DNA of 64,000 nucleotides, taken from the NCBI RefSeq assembly GCF_024700885.2, contig NZ_CP117016.1. The stretch is one strand, 5' to 3'. Below the pieces are notes generated by a model. That model saw only the letters and a program-made list of their open reading frames with translations, made no database searches and had not been told where the DNA came from. Made by a program: the position numbers and the translations under genes. Below are positions 24,449-33,626 of this stretch, one piece after another; position 1 is the stretch's first letter, and each line of letters opens with the position of its first letter. The stretch comes from Escherichia coli (GTDB lineage Bacteria; Pseudomonadota; Gammaproteobacteria; Enterobacterales; Enterobacteriaceae).

Positions 24449-24943
24449 GTGAAATTTATAGCATATGCGTTCTTGTCATTTACTATCGCACCAATAATTG
24501 GCATAATTATTGGAATTCCATTTGATAAATACTTACTCAAAAACTATCCAGTAGTTCTTTTCACAGTAATAATTATTTTCTCGTCCTTAGGAATCTACTC
24601 TCTTTACTTGTATAAAAAATCATACAAATATGTTAATGATGCTGTTTTAGCTATCTTTACTGGTTGGGTTGCATTGACATACTTACTCACGGGAGAAAAA
24701 ACAAGTGAGATAATCCCCTCGGAGAAACTAATTGAAACACACCCATTAATGTATTATCTAATAATATTAAAATTAACTATTGTTGCAAATGGGCTTTTGG
24801 CTAAGATATTTATTACATTAAACGAATTATATCATGCTCGTAAAGCTGAAAACAAAAGTGGGAAATATACTGATGTTTTAAAAATGACTATTTCCAGCAT
24901 TAAATCTTTTTTTAATTCTCAGAAGGACGGAGTCAAAAAGTAG
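24449..24943 (+). CDS. Hypothetical polytopic membrane protein
   Basis: 164-aa ORF with GTG start and about four hydrophobic helices. Confidence 0.45.
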   Translation: MKFIAYAFLSFTIAPIIGIIIGIPFDKYLLKNYPVVLFTVIIIFSSLGIYSLYLYKKSYKYVNDAVLAIFTGWVALTYLLTGEKTSEIIPSEKLIETHPLMYYLIILKLTIVANGLLAKIFITLNELYHARKAENKSGKYTDVLKMTISSIKSFFNSQKDGVKK

Positions 24944-25153
24944 AACAACCCCCATAGGAATTATTAATGCATTCATTGAAATAATAGCAGCAAAAACCAC
25001 TGCTAAATAATCATTCTTTGTGTCATAAAACAAAAACACAACAATATTTAAAAATAACACAAAGAGATAAAAAAGCATATCTTTAATATTCATAACAGCC
25101 TCCTTTTTTCTAATTTGATAATTTACAAATATCTTAATATAACGAAAAGTCAA
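24878..25153 (-). CDS. Hypothetical small membrane protein (uncertain)
   Basis: 91-aa hydrophobic ORF; its 3' end overlaps the preceding plus-strand ORF convergently, so one of the two may be spurious. Confidence 0.3.
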   Translation of the reverse strand: MTFRYIKIFVNYQIRKKEAVMNIKDMLFYLFVLFLNIVVFLFYDTKNDYLAVVFAAIISMNALIIPMGVVLLFDSVLLRIKKRFNAGNSHF

Positions 25154-25244
25154 CTTACCCGATAAAAAATAGTTATTAGAACACCTTAAACTGATAATTA
25201 CATTAATAAATGCGAGTGATGAAATTTTTGAGTGAGATCATAAA

Positions 25245-25568
25245 TTGTTGAGGCGTAAAGTTGTTGATATACCTGCTGTTCTGGTAAGTACTGCCATAAT
25301 AAAGGGCTGGTCTCCATCTGGTTTACTGCTTATATTTGTAGCTATGCTACTTAAGTGCTCTGTCGTTATATTGGGTATACATAATGCCCAAAAATCATTA
25401 TCGGATATTATTGAATCATCTAATAAGACGATGATTTTATTCACGAAAGATAATGCCAATGATGATGACGAAGCATTAACCAACCGTATTAATCAGATCA
25501 CAACCGAAGCTTTAACCAAACTCAGTAATAAAAAAGTTGATGCTGAAAAAACCTTGAATAAGCTCTAA
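25245..25568 (+). CDS. Hypothetical membrane-anchored protein (uncertain start, TTG)
   Basis: 107-aa ORF with one hydrophobic segment; an alternative 81-aa ORF exists on the opposite strand. Confidence 0.3.
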   Translation: MLRRKVVDIPAVLVSTAIIKGWSPSGLLLIFVAMLLKCSVVILGIHNAQKSLSDIIESSNKTMILFTKDNANDDDEALTNRINQITTEALTKLSNKKVDAEKTLNKL

Positions 25569-25876
25569 TGGTTGATTTTCATTGGTGTATCAGTCTGGTC
25601 TATGTTTGTTTTATATCAATTCAAAGATAACATAATCCCAGTTATTGAATTCGCCTATGAGCATATAAAGAGTTTCGTTACTTATTTATTAAGCAAGGGC
25701 TAACTCATCGAAGCTCCGCTTCTTTGAGTTCCCTTGTTTTTCGCCCTTCGGTTGAAAAAGAAAGTCAAAGTCTAACCTAACTCATTGACATGAATTGCAT
25801 TTCCACTATAAATATATAATGTGTTGCAAAGGAATTGCTTACTTTAAAGCGAATAAAAATATAAAAAGGAGTTTAT

Positions 25877-26260
25877 ATGGGTAAAATAATAACATTGTCG
25901 TATACAAATAATTTTAAGCCTATTAGCGATAATAAATCTCAATCATTGCGAATACACTGTGTAAGTGTACGATTAAATAAAGAAGAGTTAGAGCTTCTCA
26001 ATGCAAGCCGTGGTGATAAACGCAAAGGTGAATGGCTTCGCATGGCATCACTTCAAAAGCTTCCTCCGACCATTCCTACAATCAATTTAGAAGTTTGGCA
26101 ATCATTGTCTGATATATCTCAAAAGCTAAACCGTCTAATAATCCACCTTGATACTAAAAGCAGTAATAGTGAACTGACGAAAACAGAGATCTTCGCTGTT
26201 AAAAAGCAGATTAAAGAGCTTCGCTCATGTCTTACAGGTTCTGATCCGTCCGTAAGGTAG
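25877..26260 (+). CDS. MobC-like mobilisation (relaxosome accessory) protein
   Basis: 127-aa ORF with the MobC-type core HCVSVRLNKEELELLNA...GEWLRM, immediately upstream of a relaxase gene. Confidence 0.65.
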   Translation: MGKIITLSYTNNFKPISDNKSQSLRIHCVSVRLNKEELELLNASRGDKRKGEWLRMASLQKLPPTIPTINLEVWQSLSDISQKLNRLIIHLDTKSSNSELTKTEIFAVKKQIKELRSCLTGSDPSVR

Positions 26261-26268
26261 TTATTCGC

Positions 26269-27450
26269 ATGAAAGGAATGCAGAAGATCAAAAGGGGTAA
26301 GAGCTTCTCAGGTGTGGTTCTCTATGTGTTAAAGCCAGGCTCACACCATAGAACCGTTCCAGAAGTAATTGGTGGCAACATGACAGGTGATTGCTCACAA
26401 GAGTTAATCGACGAATTTAACCTTACGAAAGAGCTTCGCTCAGATGTGGCAAAACCTGTTTGGCACAATTCACTTCGATTACCCCAGGGAGAATCTCTTA
26501 CCAACGAACAATGGAAACGAATTGCTGACGATTACATGAAGCGAATGGGGTTCGGTGATACACACCTCCGTTGCTATGTTCTTCATGATGATCAGGCTGG
26601 TCAGCACATACACATTATTGCAAGTCGCATAGATCTCAATGGCGGGAAGCTCTACTTGGGTAGGAACGAAAACCTCATCAGCACCCGCATAATCAGTGAA
26701 CTCGAATTCGCTCATGGTCTGACAGTGACCAAGACAGCCTCTTCAATTGCACCAAAGCAACCGAAGCGGAAGAGAATCTCTCGCAACGAACAGATGCTAT
26801 CAGAACGAACTGGTGTTCCCTGCCCCAAGAAGTCCCTTCAACAGATCATAGATAAAAGTTTGGCAGATACACCTGACCTTTTAACTTTTATCAAGAGGCT
26901 GGAAGAAGCAGAAGTAGGCTGGACGGCGAATGTCGCAAGCACAGGTAAAATGAACGGGTTCTCTTTCGAATACACAGGAATAGCTTTCAAAGCTTCCCAG
27001 TTAGCCAAGAGCTATTCATGGGCAAATCTTCAAAAGCAGCTTAACTACAACCCGGATCACTTAGAAGCTCTGCGAAAGGATATACAGACCAAGGAAGTTC
27101 CTGCTCCTGTTCCTGTTCCTGTTCCTGTTCCTGTTCCTGTTCCTGTTCCTGTTCCTGCAGAACCGATAGCAAGAACGGCCGCCCAGATCGAAAGCATAAG
27201 TGAAAAAATTGCCGAACTGGAACTACGACTCAAAGAAGACAGAAGAAACGAAATCGTAGAAAAGATTCTTCAAAAGAATGCAGCCAAACAGCAAAAGCAT
27301 CTCAGGCTCACCGGCTGGATTCCCTTTTTACAACGGCTCATAGAGCTTCTCAGAAAATATGGAAGGAGCATCCTCCACAAGGTTCCTACAAACTTCTTAG
27401 AAGTCTATTCAACCCATCATCTGAAACCTACAAGAAAAATTCGTTTATAG
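26269..27450 (+). CDS. Mobilisation relaxase (MobA/VirD2-like nuclease domain) with internal (PV)n linker
   Basis: 393-aa ORF with N-terminal Tyr region (GVVLYVLKPG) and HDDQAGQHIHII three-histidine motif typical of relaxases. Confidence 0.75.
   Translation: MKGMQKIKRGKSFSGVVLYVLKPGSHHRTVPEVIGGNMTGDCSQELIDEFNLTKELRSDVAKPVWHNSLRLPQGESLTNEQWKRIADDYMKRMGFGDTHLRCYVLHDDQAGQHIHIIASRIDLNGGKLYLGRNENLISTRIISELEFAHGLTVTKTASSIAPKQPKRKRISRNEQMLSERTGVPCPKKSLQQIIDKSLADTPDLLTFIKRLEEAEVGWTANVASTGKMNGFSFEYTGIAFKASQLAKSYSWANLQKQLNYNPDHLEALRKDIQTKEVPAPVPVPVPVPVPVPVPVPAEPIARTAAQIESISEKIAELELRLKEDRRNEIVEKILQKNAAKQQKHLRLTGWIPFLQRLIELLRKYGRSILHKVPTNFLEVYSTHHLKPTRKIRL
27100..27153 (+). repeat. In-frame hexanucleotide tandem repeat (CCTGTT)n, nine units with seven perfect, encoding a Pro-Val/Pro-Ala linker
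   Basis: CCTGCT-(CCTGTT)x7-CCTGCA read directly inside the relaxase ORF. Confidence 0.9.
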
Positions 27451-27702
27451 ACAGCTAGTTATAAACACCTTTCGTAACATAACTTAATTACCTAGTGATA
27501 AATTTGTGTTTAGTCAAGAAAATATTGATCGTTATTACAGATCGATATCAATATTATGATAGCCTAAACCTATCGTAACTTAGACATCGATCGGTACAAG
27601 TGATTTTACTAAAGATAATTATTCATCGAGAATCCCTGAAAAGAGCCTGATGATTTTTAAGCAATAGCAGTATCAGGAACCGATTGTAAAAATGGAGTTA
27701 AT

Positions 27703-27981
27703 ATGAATAACGAAACCATTAAGTGTCCGTTCTGCTTCAAAGAGAGCCAGTTTGGTGTCCGTGTTTGTACCGGCTGTCATTCAACCATCAAATATGGCGA
27801 AGTTTCACCTTGGTTATCTTTACTAATAGGATTTATTTTATTAGCCATTGCTTACATCATACTTTATATAAGTCAAAGTTTTTTAGTAGCTCTCGTTATT
27901 CTTTTAACATTAATGATTTCTACAAGATTGTATATTCGTAAAAAATTTGCACACAGAGCAGTTTTCACTCACCAACATTAA
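27703..27981 (+). CDS. Hypothetical zinc-ribbon membrane protein
   Basis: 92-aa ORF with CPFC...CTGC at the N-terminus followed by two hydrophobic helices. Confidence 0.45.
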   Translation: MNNETIKCPFCFKESQFGVRVCTGCHSTIKYGEVSPWLSLLIGFILLAIAYIILYISQSFLVALVILLTLMISTRLYIRKKFAHRAVFTHQH

Positions 27982-27999
27982 GAACAAAAGGGATTTAAC

Positions 28000-28314
28000 A
28001 TGAAAGCATATGCTATGCTAACAATCATTCTTTCTACTTTTCTATTAACTGCATGTAATAGTGAACCAAGTCAAGATGATATCTACAATGCATTCAAAAG
28101 TGTTGTAGATAAAACCAATGCCAGCATGAAAGCTTTTGATTCAAGAGTGTCAGAAAAAGACCTTTTAAAAATCGATTATGTAAAAAAAGTAAGCTGTTCG
28201 GAAGAAGCAAACAATGTTTACAACTGCATTGTCGATGCTTCTATTAGCAACAATAAACAGACGAAACCAATTAAATTAGTTAAAGCTGATGGTGTCTGGA
28301 AAGAAGTTCAGTAG
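28000..28314 (+). CDS. Hypothetical lipoprotein
   Basis: 104-aa ORF with signal peptide and lipobox (LLTAC) at the N-terminus. Confidence 0.5.
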   Translation: MKAYAMLTIILSTFLLTACNSEPSQDDIYNAFKSVVDKTNASMKAFDSRVSEKDLLKIDYVKKVSCSEEANNVYNCIVDASISNNKQTKPIKLVKADGVWKEVQ

Positions 28315-28366
28315 TAGCCTATATCAAGAAGTCTCTTTTAGCCCCTGCACAGGGGCTTTTTATTGC

Positions 28367-28801
28367 CTATAACCTGACGGCTCTTACGCGAACTTCATGG
28401 GTTAACTCTTTCTCGATTACTTTCATTTCATATTGTGCTCTGACAGTAGCATAGATTTCTTCTGCCATTTCTTGATTGCTATCGATATAGTTAACGAGAG
28501 AGTTTAGCTCCCTGATAACAGCTTCCTTATTGTTTAATCGTTGTAGTAGATTGCTTGTTAGGCTTTTGTATACAGAGCTAAACATTGCCATGACATTGTC
28601 TATGTTACGATTTGATTTGGAATAAATTTTTTTAGGATAGAAATATTTTAAATGGTATCCCACAAAAATTAAGTAAAGCTGATATGAAAAACTTTTATCA
28701 TGTGGCTGATATCGTTTTGATATGTATTTATCTACAATGATAACAAGCTGTTCTTCCAGTGTCATCACTGAATTATAATTGGTTTTGTTCATAAGTTGCA
28801 T
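28367..28801 (-). CDS. Hypothetical protein
   Basis: 144-aa ORF in AT-rich island DNA; no recognisable motif. Confidence 0.4.
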   Translation of the reverse strand: MQLMNKTNYNSVMTLEEQLVIIVDKYISKRYQPHDKSFSYQLYLIFVGYHLKYFYPKKIYSKSNRNIDNVMAMFSSVYKSLTSNLLQRLNNKEAVIRELNSLVNYIDSNQEMAEEIYATVRAQYEMKVIEKELTHEVRVRAVRL

Positions 28802-28894
28802 CCTTGCAAAATTTGATTTTGTCTTCCTGACAATACATATATAATTACCACATATTTAAAAAACATCAATAGACAAAACCTATTGATGTCAAAA

Positions 28895-29308
28895 TTATTT
28901 TTTGTTTTTGGGAAAAATTTGATCTTCTCTAATACATTTACCATATGCAACCATTTGAAGATCTCTAACCATAAGTAGAAGCCTGTTATTTTCACTAACT
29001 AACCTCGAATTTTCTGTTTCTAATTTACTGATTTTATTCGAAGCATAGGCAAGACTTTGAGGACTTTTAATATGCTTAACAGTTTCACCTTTAGTTCTCT
29101 TTTTCTGCTGATATGCATAAGCTATTACTGTATGTCTTGAAAGAGCCTGTCTCGTTGGTTTTTTACCGAAATGATCCTCTACGGAATCACAAAGACTGAC
29201 CCAAGTTAAATCGCCTTCCCAGCCATTTATTTTATCGAGAACGAATTCAATATCTTCCTTGTTAAACTTTTTACTCATTATGTTCTCCTCTAAGATAATA
29301 ACTAACAA
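28895..29308 (-). CDS. Small coiled-coil protein co-operonic with the recombinase trio (real start possibly MSKKFNKED at 29278)
   Basis: 137-aa ORF overlapping the stop of the upstream recombinase; C-terminal heptad-like KISKLETENSRLVSENNRLLLMVRDLQ. Confidence 0.5.
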   Translation of the reverse strand: MLVIILEENIMSKKFNKEDIEFVLDKINGWEGDLTWVSLCDSVEDHFGKKPTRQALSRHTVIAYAYQQKKRTKGETVKHIKSPQSLAYASNKISKLETENSRLVSENNRLLLMVRDLQMVAYGKCIREDQIFPKNKK

Positions 29309-30917
29309 TATGATTTATAATTTTACTAACTTCTTGGATTTCCTTTTCAACATAATTCGCTTTCTGTGAATTATATTGGCTTCTGTATAAATTATTCTTT
29401 TCTTCAAGCGTTTGTAAATGGTCTTTAATTTTGCAAATAATATCATCCTTACTCCCTCCACCTAAATCAGAAATCATTTCATCAGCAAATAATACTCTTC
29501 GTTCGTTTTGTCGCAACTCCTCCCAAGTTCGGTTATCATACACATTATTTTGTTCAACATTTTTCCTCCCTGACCAAAAAGCTATTTCTATATCAGAGAG
29601 CATAGCTCTTTGAGCAAGAGTGTTTAAAAGATGTCTTGGCTGATGACTACTAAAAATCTCTTTCATACCATTGGGTTGTAATGTTTTATGTCGTTGAAAA
29701 AAATTTAAGGTAGTTTCTTTTTCTGACCTTTTTTTAAAATCAGCAATAAACATCTTTTTATTTGCGGGTAAGACACAGAATAAATCAATTCCTTTCTTTA
29801 AATGTAATTGATCTTTATTTAGGATTAACAATCTATTACTAAGGTTTATAGATTTTGAAAATTCATCCCAAGATTTTGTTTTATCGCTATAATTAAAAAC
29901 TTCATTCCAAAATTCTTTTGCACTAAGAATCCCACTCTCTACCCTCATTAATATATTTTTAGTTTTAACATTGAAGCAGTCCATACAGTTTAGATTTAAA
30001 AGCTTATACAACTTTGTATGAAAATATCGTCCATTCTCATCAGTCTCTAAACTCTTATAAAACTCCAATTCTCCTTTTTCTCGTAGGGTAGCTATGCACC
30101 TTGCCGTTTGTGATAATACCCTTAATCTTTTAATGGCTAATTTTGCTATTGAATGCATATTCCTTGGAATCCACTTTATACTTTCACCATAGCCTTTTGC
30201 ACTATGATAACGAATGCCATAGGAGCCTTTCCCCTCTATGTCGTTCCCTTCAACTTCACAATCCACCTCAAGACTCAGGACTTCTGATATTCGTGTTGGA
30301 GCACAAAGAAGCAGTGCGATGATAGATGTTGTAAATATATCTCTTTGGCTTTTATCATTAGAACTAAAAACCCTACCAACAAGATCTATGACTTCCTCTT
30401 CTGGTAACTTATTTTTAATTTCTTTTTGCCCTATAAGATCTCTTACAGCTTTATTTCTAATTATTCTAAGCCTGGAGTTAAACTTACTTAATTTTGGATT
30501 TATTATGTTATTTATAGCTAACACTTCTAAAATATTCTTTAATGCCTTTTCAATAGCCCCCGCACGACTATTAGAATATTTCTTTTCTACTTGGAATAAA
30601 ATGTTGTTGATAACCTCAGAATTAATATTAACAATATGTGGTTCTACATTCAAAGTGAAGAATGAACTTTCCATAATTTTTATGACCGCCAAATAAAGTA
30701 ATGATTTACTGAGATTAGGGAAACACTCTCTATATATAATAACCTTTGATAATTGTTGAAAATGCGCTCCCATGTCTTTATCTTTTTTTATATGATTGTT
30801 ATTTTTAAATGAAACCCCTCTACCCCATGACAAATCATCCCAATTTATAATATTTTCTTTTTTTGCCTGTATCCTTACTTCATTAGCTAAAACATCATAA
30901 TTATTATAATGACTCAT
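29271..30917 (-). CDS. Tyrosine recombinase family protein (third of three tandem paralogues)
   Basis: 548-aa ORF; candidate catalytic residues in order: R in CAPTRISEVLSL, HQPRHLL (HxxR), W in FWSGRK, Y in NNVYDNR. Confidence 0.6.
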   Translation of the reverse strand: MSHYNNYDVLANEVRIQAKKENIINWDDLSWGRGVSFKNNNHIKKDKDMGAHFQQLSKVIIYRECFPNLSKSLLYLAVIKIMESSFFTLNVEPHIVNINSEVINNILFQVEKKYSNSRAGAIEKALKNILEVLAINNIINPKLSKFNSRLRIIRNKAVRDLIGQKEIKNKLPEEEVIDLVGRVFSSNDKSQRDIFTTSIIALLLCAPTRISEVLSLEVDCEVEGNDIEGKGSYGIRYHSAKGYGESIKWIPRNMHSIAKLAIKRLRVLSQTARCIATLREKGELEFYKSLETDENGRYFHTKLYKLLNLNCMDCFNVKTKNILMRVESGILSAKEFWNEVFNYSDKTKSWDEFSKSINLSNRLLILNKDQLHLKKGIDLFCVLPANKKMFIADFKKRSEKETTLNFFQRHKTLQPNGMKEIFSSHQPRHLLNTLAQRAMLSDIEIAFWSGRKNVEQNNVYDNRTWEELRQNERRVLFADEMISDLGGGSKDDIICKIKDHLQTLEEKNNLYRSQYNSQKANYVEKEIQEVSKIINHIVSYYLRGEHNE

Positions 30918-32274
30918 TATTCATGCCCTCCTTGTTGAGCAATTCGATTATTTTATTTATTTTACATTCTAACATTGTGAATAAGTCCGTTAGGATTTCA
31001 AAGTCTGCTTGCTTCGTATAATCTGCTATTAATACTCCAGTAAGCTTTTTTATGATTATCAAATCGTCAACCAATCTAAGGGTAATGTCGTCACTGTTTT
31101 TTAAAAATGAGGAAATATAAGGGCTTACTAACTCATTTATTGCCTGATCTATTCTGAATGAAAACTCTTCATTGTTTTTTGCATACGACAATACTGATTT
31201 CAAATTGCTATGATCTAAAGCTTTTGCTATCGTACCTAATCCATAACCTTTAAGTGCAAGCCTTGTGGCTAATGTAACCCTAAGTTGCCGAGAGTTAATC
31301 TTTTTATTTTTATCTTTACTTACCCTTTGGCAAATGGCCTGAACCCTACCGGTTATCCTCTTAGAACTCATATGCAAATTGAAGAAGTTATTTTCATATA
31401 ATTTATCAAGTTTGTAAGTCGAGTTAAAAAAACAAGGATCAATAAAGAGGGGTAAATTGTTTAATTCATCTTCACTTAATATATCGCCTACCTCACCCTG
31501 CACAAAAACCTTAACTACTGATTTAAGCTCTGATAGTGAATTGAACAAATTATCCCCTATACGCAATTCGGAAAAATCAGTTCTGAAACTATCTCCTTGT
31601 TTTAATCTGGGTATGTTTAAAAAATTACCATTTTCTTTGATATAAAGATCCTTCCTTTTTAATTGAGCGATCTGCATTGGTCTTCGCCCCGAATATATCA
31701 TCAGCATGACTAAAAGGTAGTCATTCATAGTCATATTTCCATCATTGTATTCCTTTGTCATGCCCCCAATTAGGTTCTTCAGTTCGTATTCAGATAATGG
31801 TCTTAAAGACTCTTTTCGCTCAATATATGCAGTTGTCTTGTTGGGTTTAGTTACTTTCCATTTTAAAATCAAATCCAGCATTTCTTGATCTATGAATTCA
31901 TTATTTAACTCATAATGTTTTATTATAAAATACTTTAAACTTTCAACATGTGTATAGCTTATTTTATAATATGCATTGTAAAATCTATTTAGTAATCCAT
32001 AGTCAAATTTGTCCAACTTCCCTTGATTAAAAACAACGAGTTTTTTTATAGAAAAGAAAAACTTTCTCGCATAAGCTGAACTAAAATTCACAGCAGTATA
32101 GGCAAGGGTCTCTTTTATAGATGCTAATAAGATAGCATTAATGTTTCTTTCAAAATATGAGAAATTTAATTTAACATCTTTGCTGAGAAACCAAACACTA
32201 TCATGTAAACTAAAATTATTTCTGCTGTCTTTTGCCTTTAATACCAAGTAATTTTCTAACATTAATGCTTTCAT
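30904..32274 (-). CDS. Tyrosine recombinase-like protein with degenerate catalytic motifs (second of three)
   Basis: 456-aa ORF; SGRRPMQIAQL (box I Arg), SRQLRVTLATR, LDHSNLKSVLSYAKN; overlaps both neighbours. Confidence 0.5.
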   Translation of the reverse strand: MKALMLENYLVLKAKDSRNNFSLHDSVWFLSKDVKLNFSYFERNINAILLASIKETLAYTAVNFSSAYARKFFFSIKKLVVFNQGKLDKFDYGLLNRFYNAYYKISYTHVESLKYFIIKHYELNNEFIDQEMLDLILKWKVTKPNKTTAYIERKESLRPLSEYELKNLIGGMTKEYNDGNMTMNDYLLVMLMIYSGRRPMQIAQLKRKDLYIKENGNFLNIPRLKQGDSFRTDFSELRIGDNLFNSLSELKSVVKVFVQGEVGDILSEDELNNLPLFIDPCFFNSTYKLDKLYENNFFNLHMSSKRITGRVQAICQRVSKDKNKKINSRQLRVTLATRLALKGYGLGTIAKALDHSNLKSVLSYAKNNEEFSFRIDQAINELVSPYISSFLKNSDDITLRLVDDLIIIKKLTGVLIADYTKQADFEILTDLFTMLECKINKIIELLNKEGMNNESL

Positions 32275-33508
32275 CTATTTCTCCTTCAATTTTATTTATG
32301 ATTTCTTGATTCACTAAATCTGCCTCTTCAAAAGCTTTTAAAGTTTCTTCACTAATATAACGATTGTTATAAATCAAAGCCGTTTTGGAGTTCATTTTCC
32401 ACCCCATTCTTACGCATCTGATTCTATCTAATTGGGTCAATCTATATTGATCAGTGACTCCTATGTATTTTAAACTGTAAATATAGTTCCATGTGTGCCG
32501 TAGACAATGCCCTGTGAAATTTTGAAAAGATACTCCATTGAATTCAATTCTACTTATTTGCTTAATTACTTTATGATATGCACTTATTGACAGAGGAAAT
32601 CCTTCCGTAGGACCAGATTTTTGAGTAATAAATAAGTAATTATGATTTAAGCTTTTCGAATAGAAAGACCTATCATTGTCTATATATGAAGAGATTTGCA
32701 TAGACAATTTTTTGCTAATATTTAATTCTCGTTCAAATGTTTTAACAAGTGGTTGAAAAACTCTTGGGTCTGCTGGATCATTTATTCTTTTACAAACTTT
32801 CAGATATCTTTTTTCCTTGTTAAAATCAGTAATTTTCAAGTTCAATAGCTCACCCCCTCGCATTCCAGTTTCCTGAAGAATGAGGATTATGAGTTGATTT
32901 CTTTTACGGCAACTGATATCAACAAATGGATTGTATTGGCTTTCAGGTTCTATACATTGCAATAGAATGTCTAAGCTTTCTTTTTCTAATGATTTAAAAT
33001 CATTATTCAAATAGAATTGAGAGTTTAATTTTGGTTTATGTTTACGAAAAAGCAAACTAACACTTTTTGATATAATGTTTGTCTCATATATTGTAGTGCT
33101 AAAATATGATTCATAAATCCAAGAAATGTAGGAACTAATTACTGTCAATCTATAATGAAGATTTTCTTGATTGATCTTTTTATACTCTTTTATATCTATA
33201 ACTTTTTGTTTTTTATTTTTAACTCTAAGTTGTTCTGACAATGAATAGATTTCAGTAAAGCTAAGGAAGGTCTTAGATCTAATTCTTTCGATAAGATTTA
33301 TATTTGATTCTATTAGATAATTTTCAAAAGCAATCAAAGTGTAAGCATTTCTCAATACTGTATTAAATGACTTATTCTTTTGCTTATATAGCAAACTAAG
33401 ATATATATTTTGATAATACAATGGCAAACCGTTTTTTGAATCCAAAATCATACAAAATCTGCTTCCATCACTCGCCATTAACTTCTTTACTGAATATCTC
33501 CTATTCAT
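32216..33508 (-). CDS. Tyrosine recombinase family protein (first of three; start set at MNRRYSVKKL after a GGGGTGA RBS, ORF extends to 33547)
   Basis: GMRGGELLNL (box I Arg), HCLRHTW (HxxR), GWKMNS, ALIYNNRY (Tyr) in canonical order. Confidence 0.65.
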   Translation of the reverse strand: MNRRYSVKKLMASDGSRFCMILDSKNGLPLYYQNIYLSLLYKQKNKSFNTVLRNAYTLIAFENYLIESNINLIERIRSKTFLSFTEIYSLSEQLRVKNKKQKVIDIKEYKKINQENLHYRLTVISSYISWIYESYFSTTIYETNIISKSVSLLFRKHKPKLNSQFYLNNDFKSLEKESLDILLQCIEPESQYNPFVDISCRKRNQLIILILQETGMRGGELLNLKITDFNKEKRYLKVCKRINDPADPRVFQPLVKTFERELNISKKLSMQISSYIDNDRSFYSKSLNHNYLFITQKSGPTEGFPLSISAYHKVIKQISRIEFNGVSFQNFTGHCLRHTWNYIYSLKYIGVTDQYRLTQLDRIRCVRMGWKMNSKTALIYNNRYISEETLKAFEEADLVNQEIINKIEGEIDESINVRKLLGIKGKRQQK

Positions 33509-33626
33509 TATCACCCCATAATTTATTTTTTTATTTATAGGTAACATAATTTTTTAGCAAGTTACAAATTTATTTGCTATTATTTTCAATGACCTTATTA
33601 CTCGCGACTCTAATAAAGAATCGGCC

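Noticed and set aside
28789-28995. 68-aa ORF between the 144-aa ORF and the small coiled-coil gene
   Set aside because: Overlaps both neighbours, has no RBS and an AT-rich low-complexity translation.
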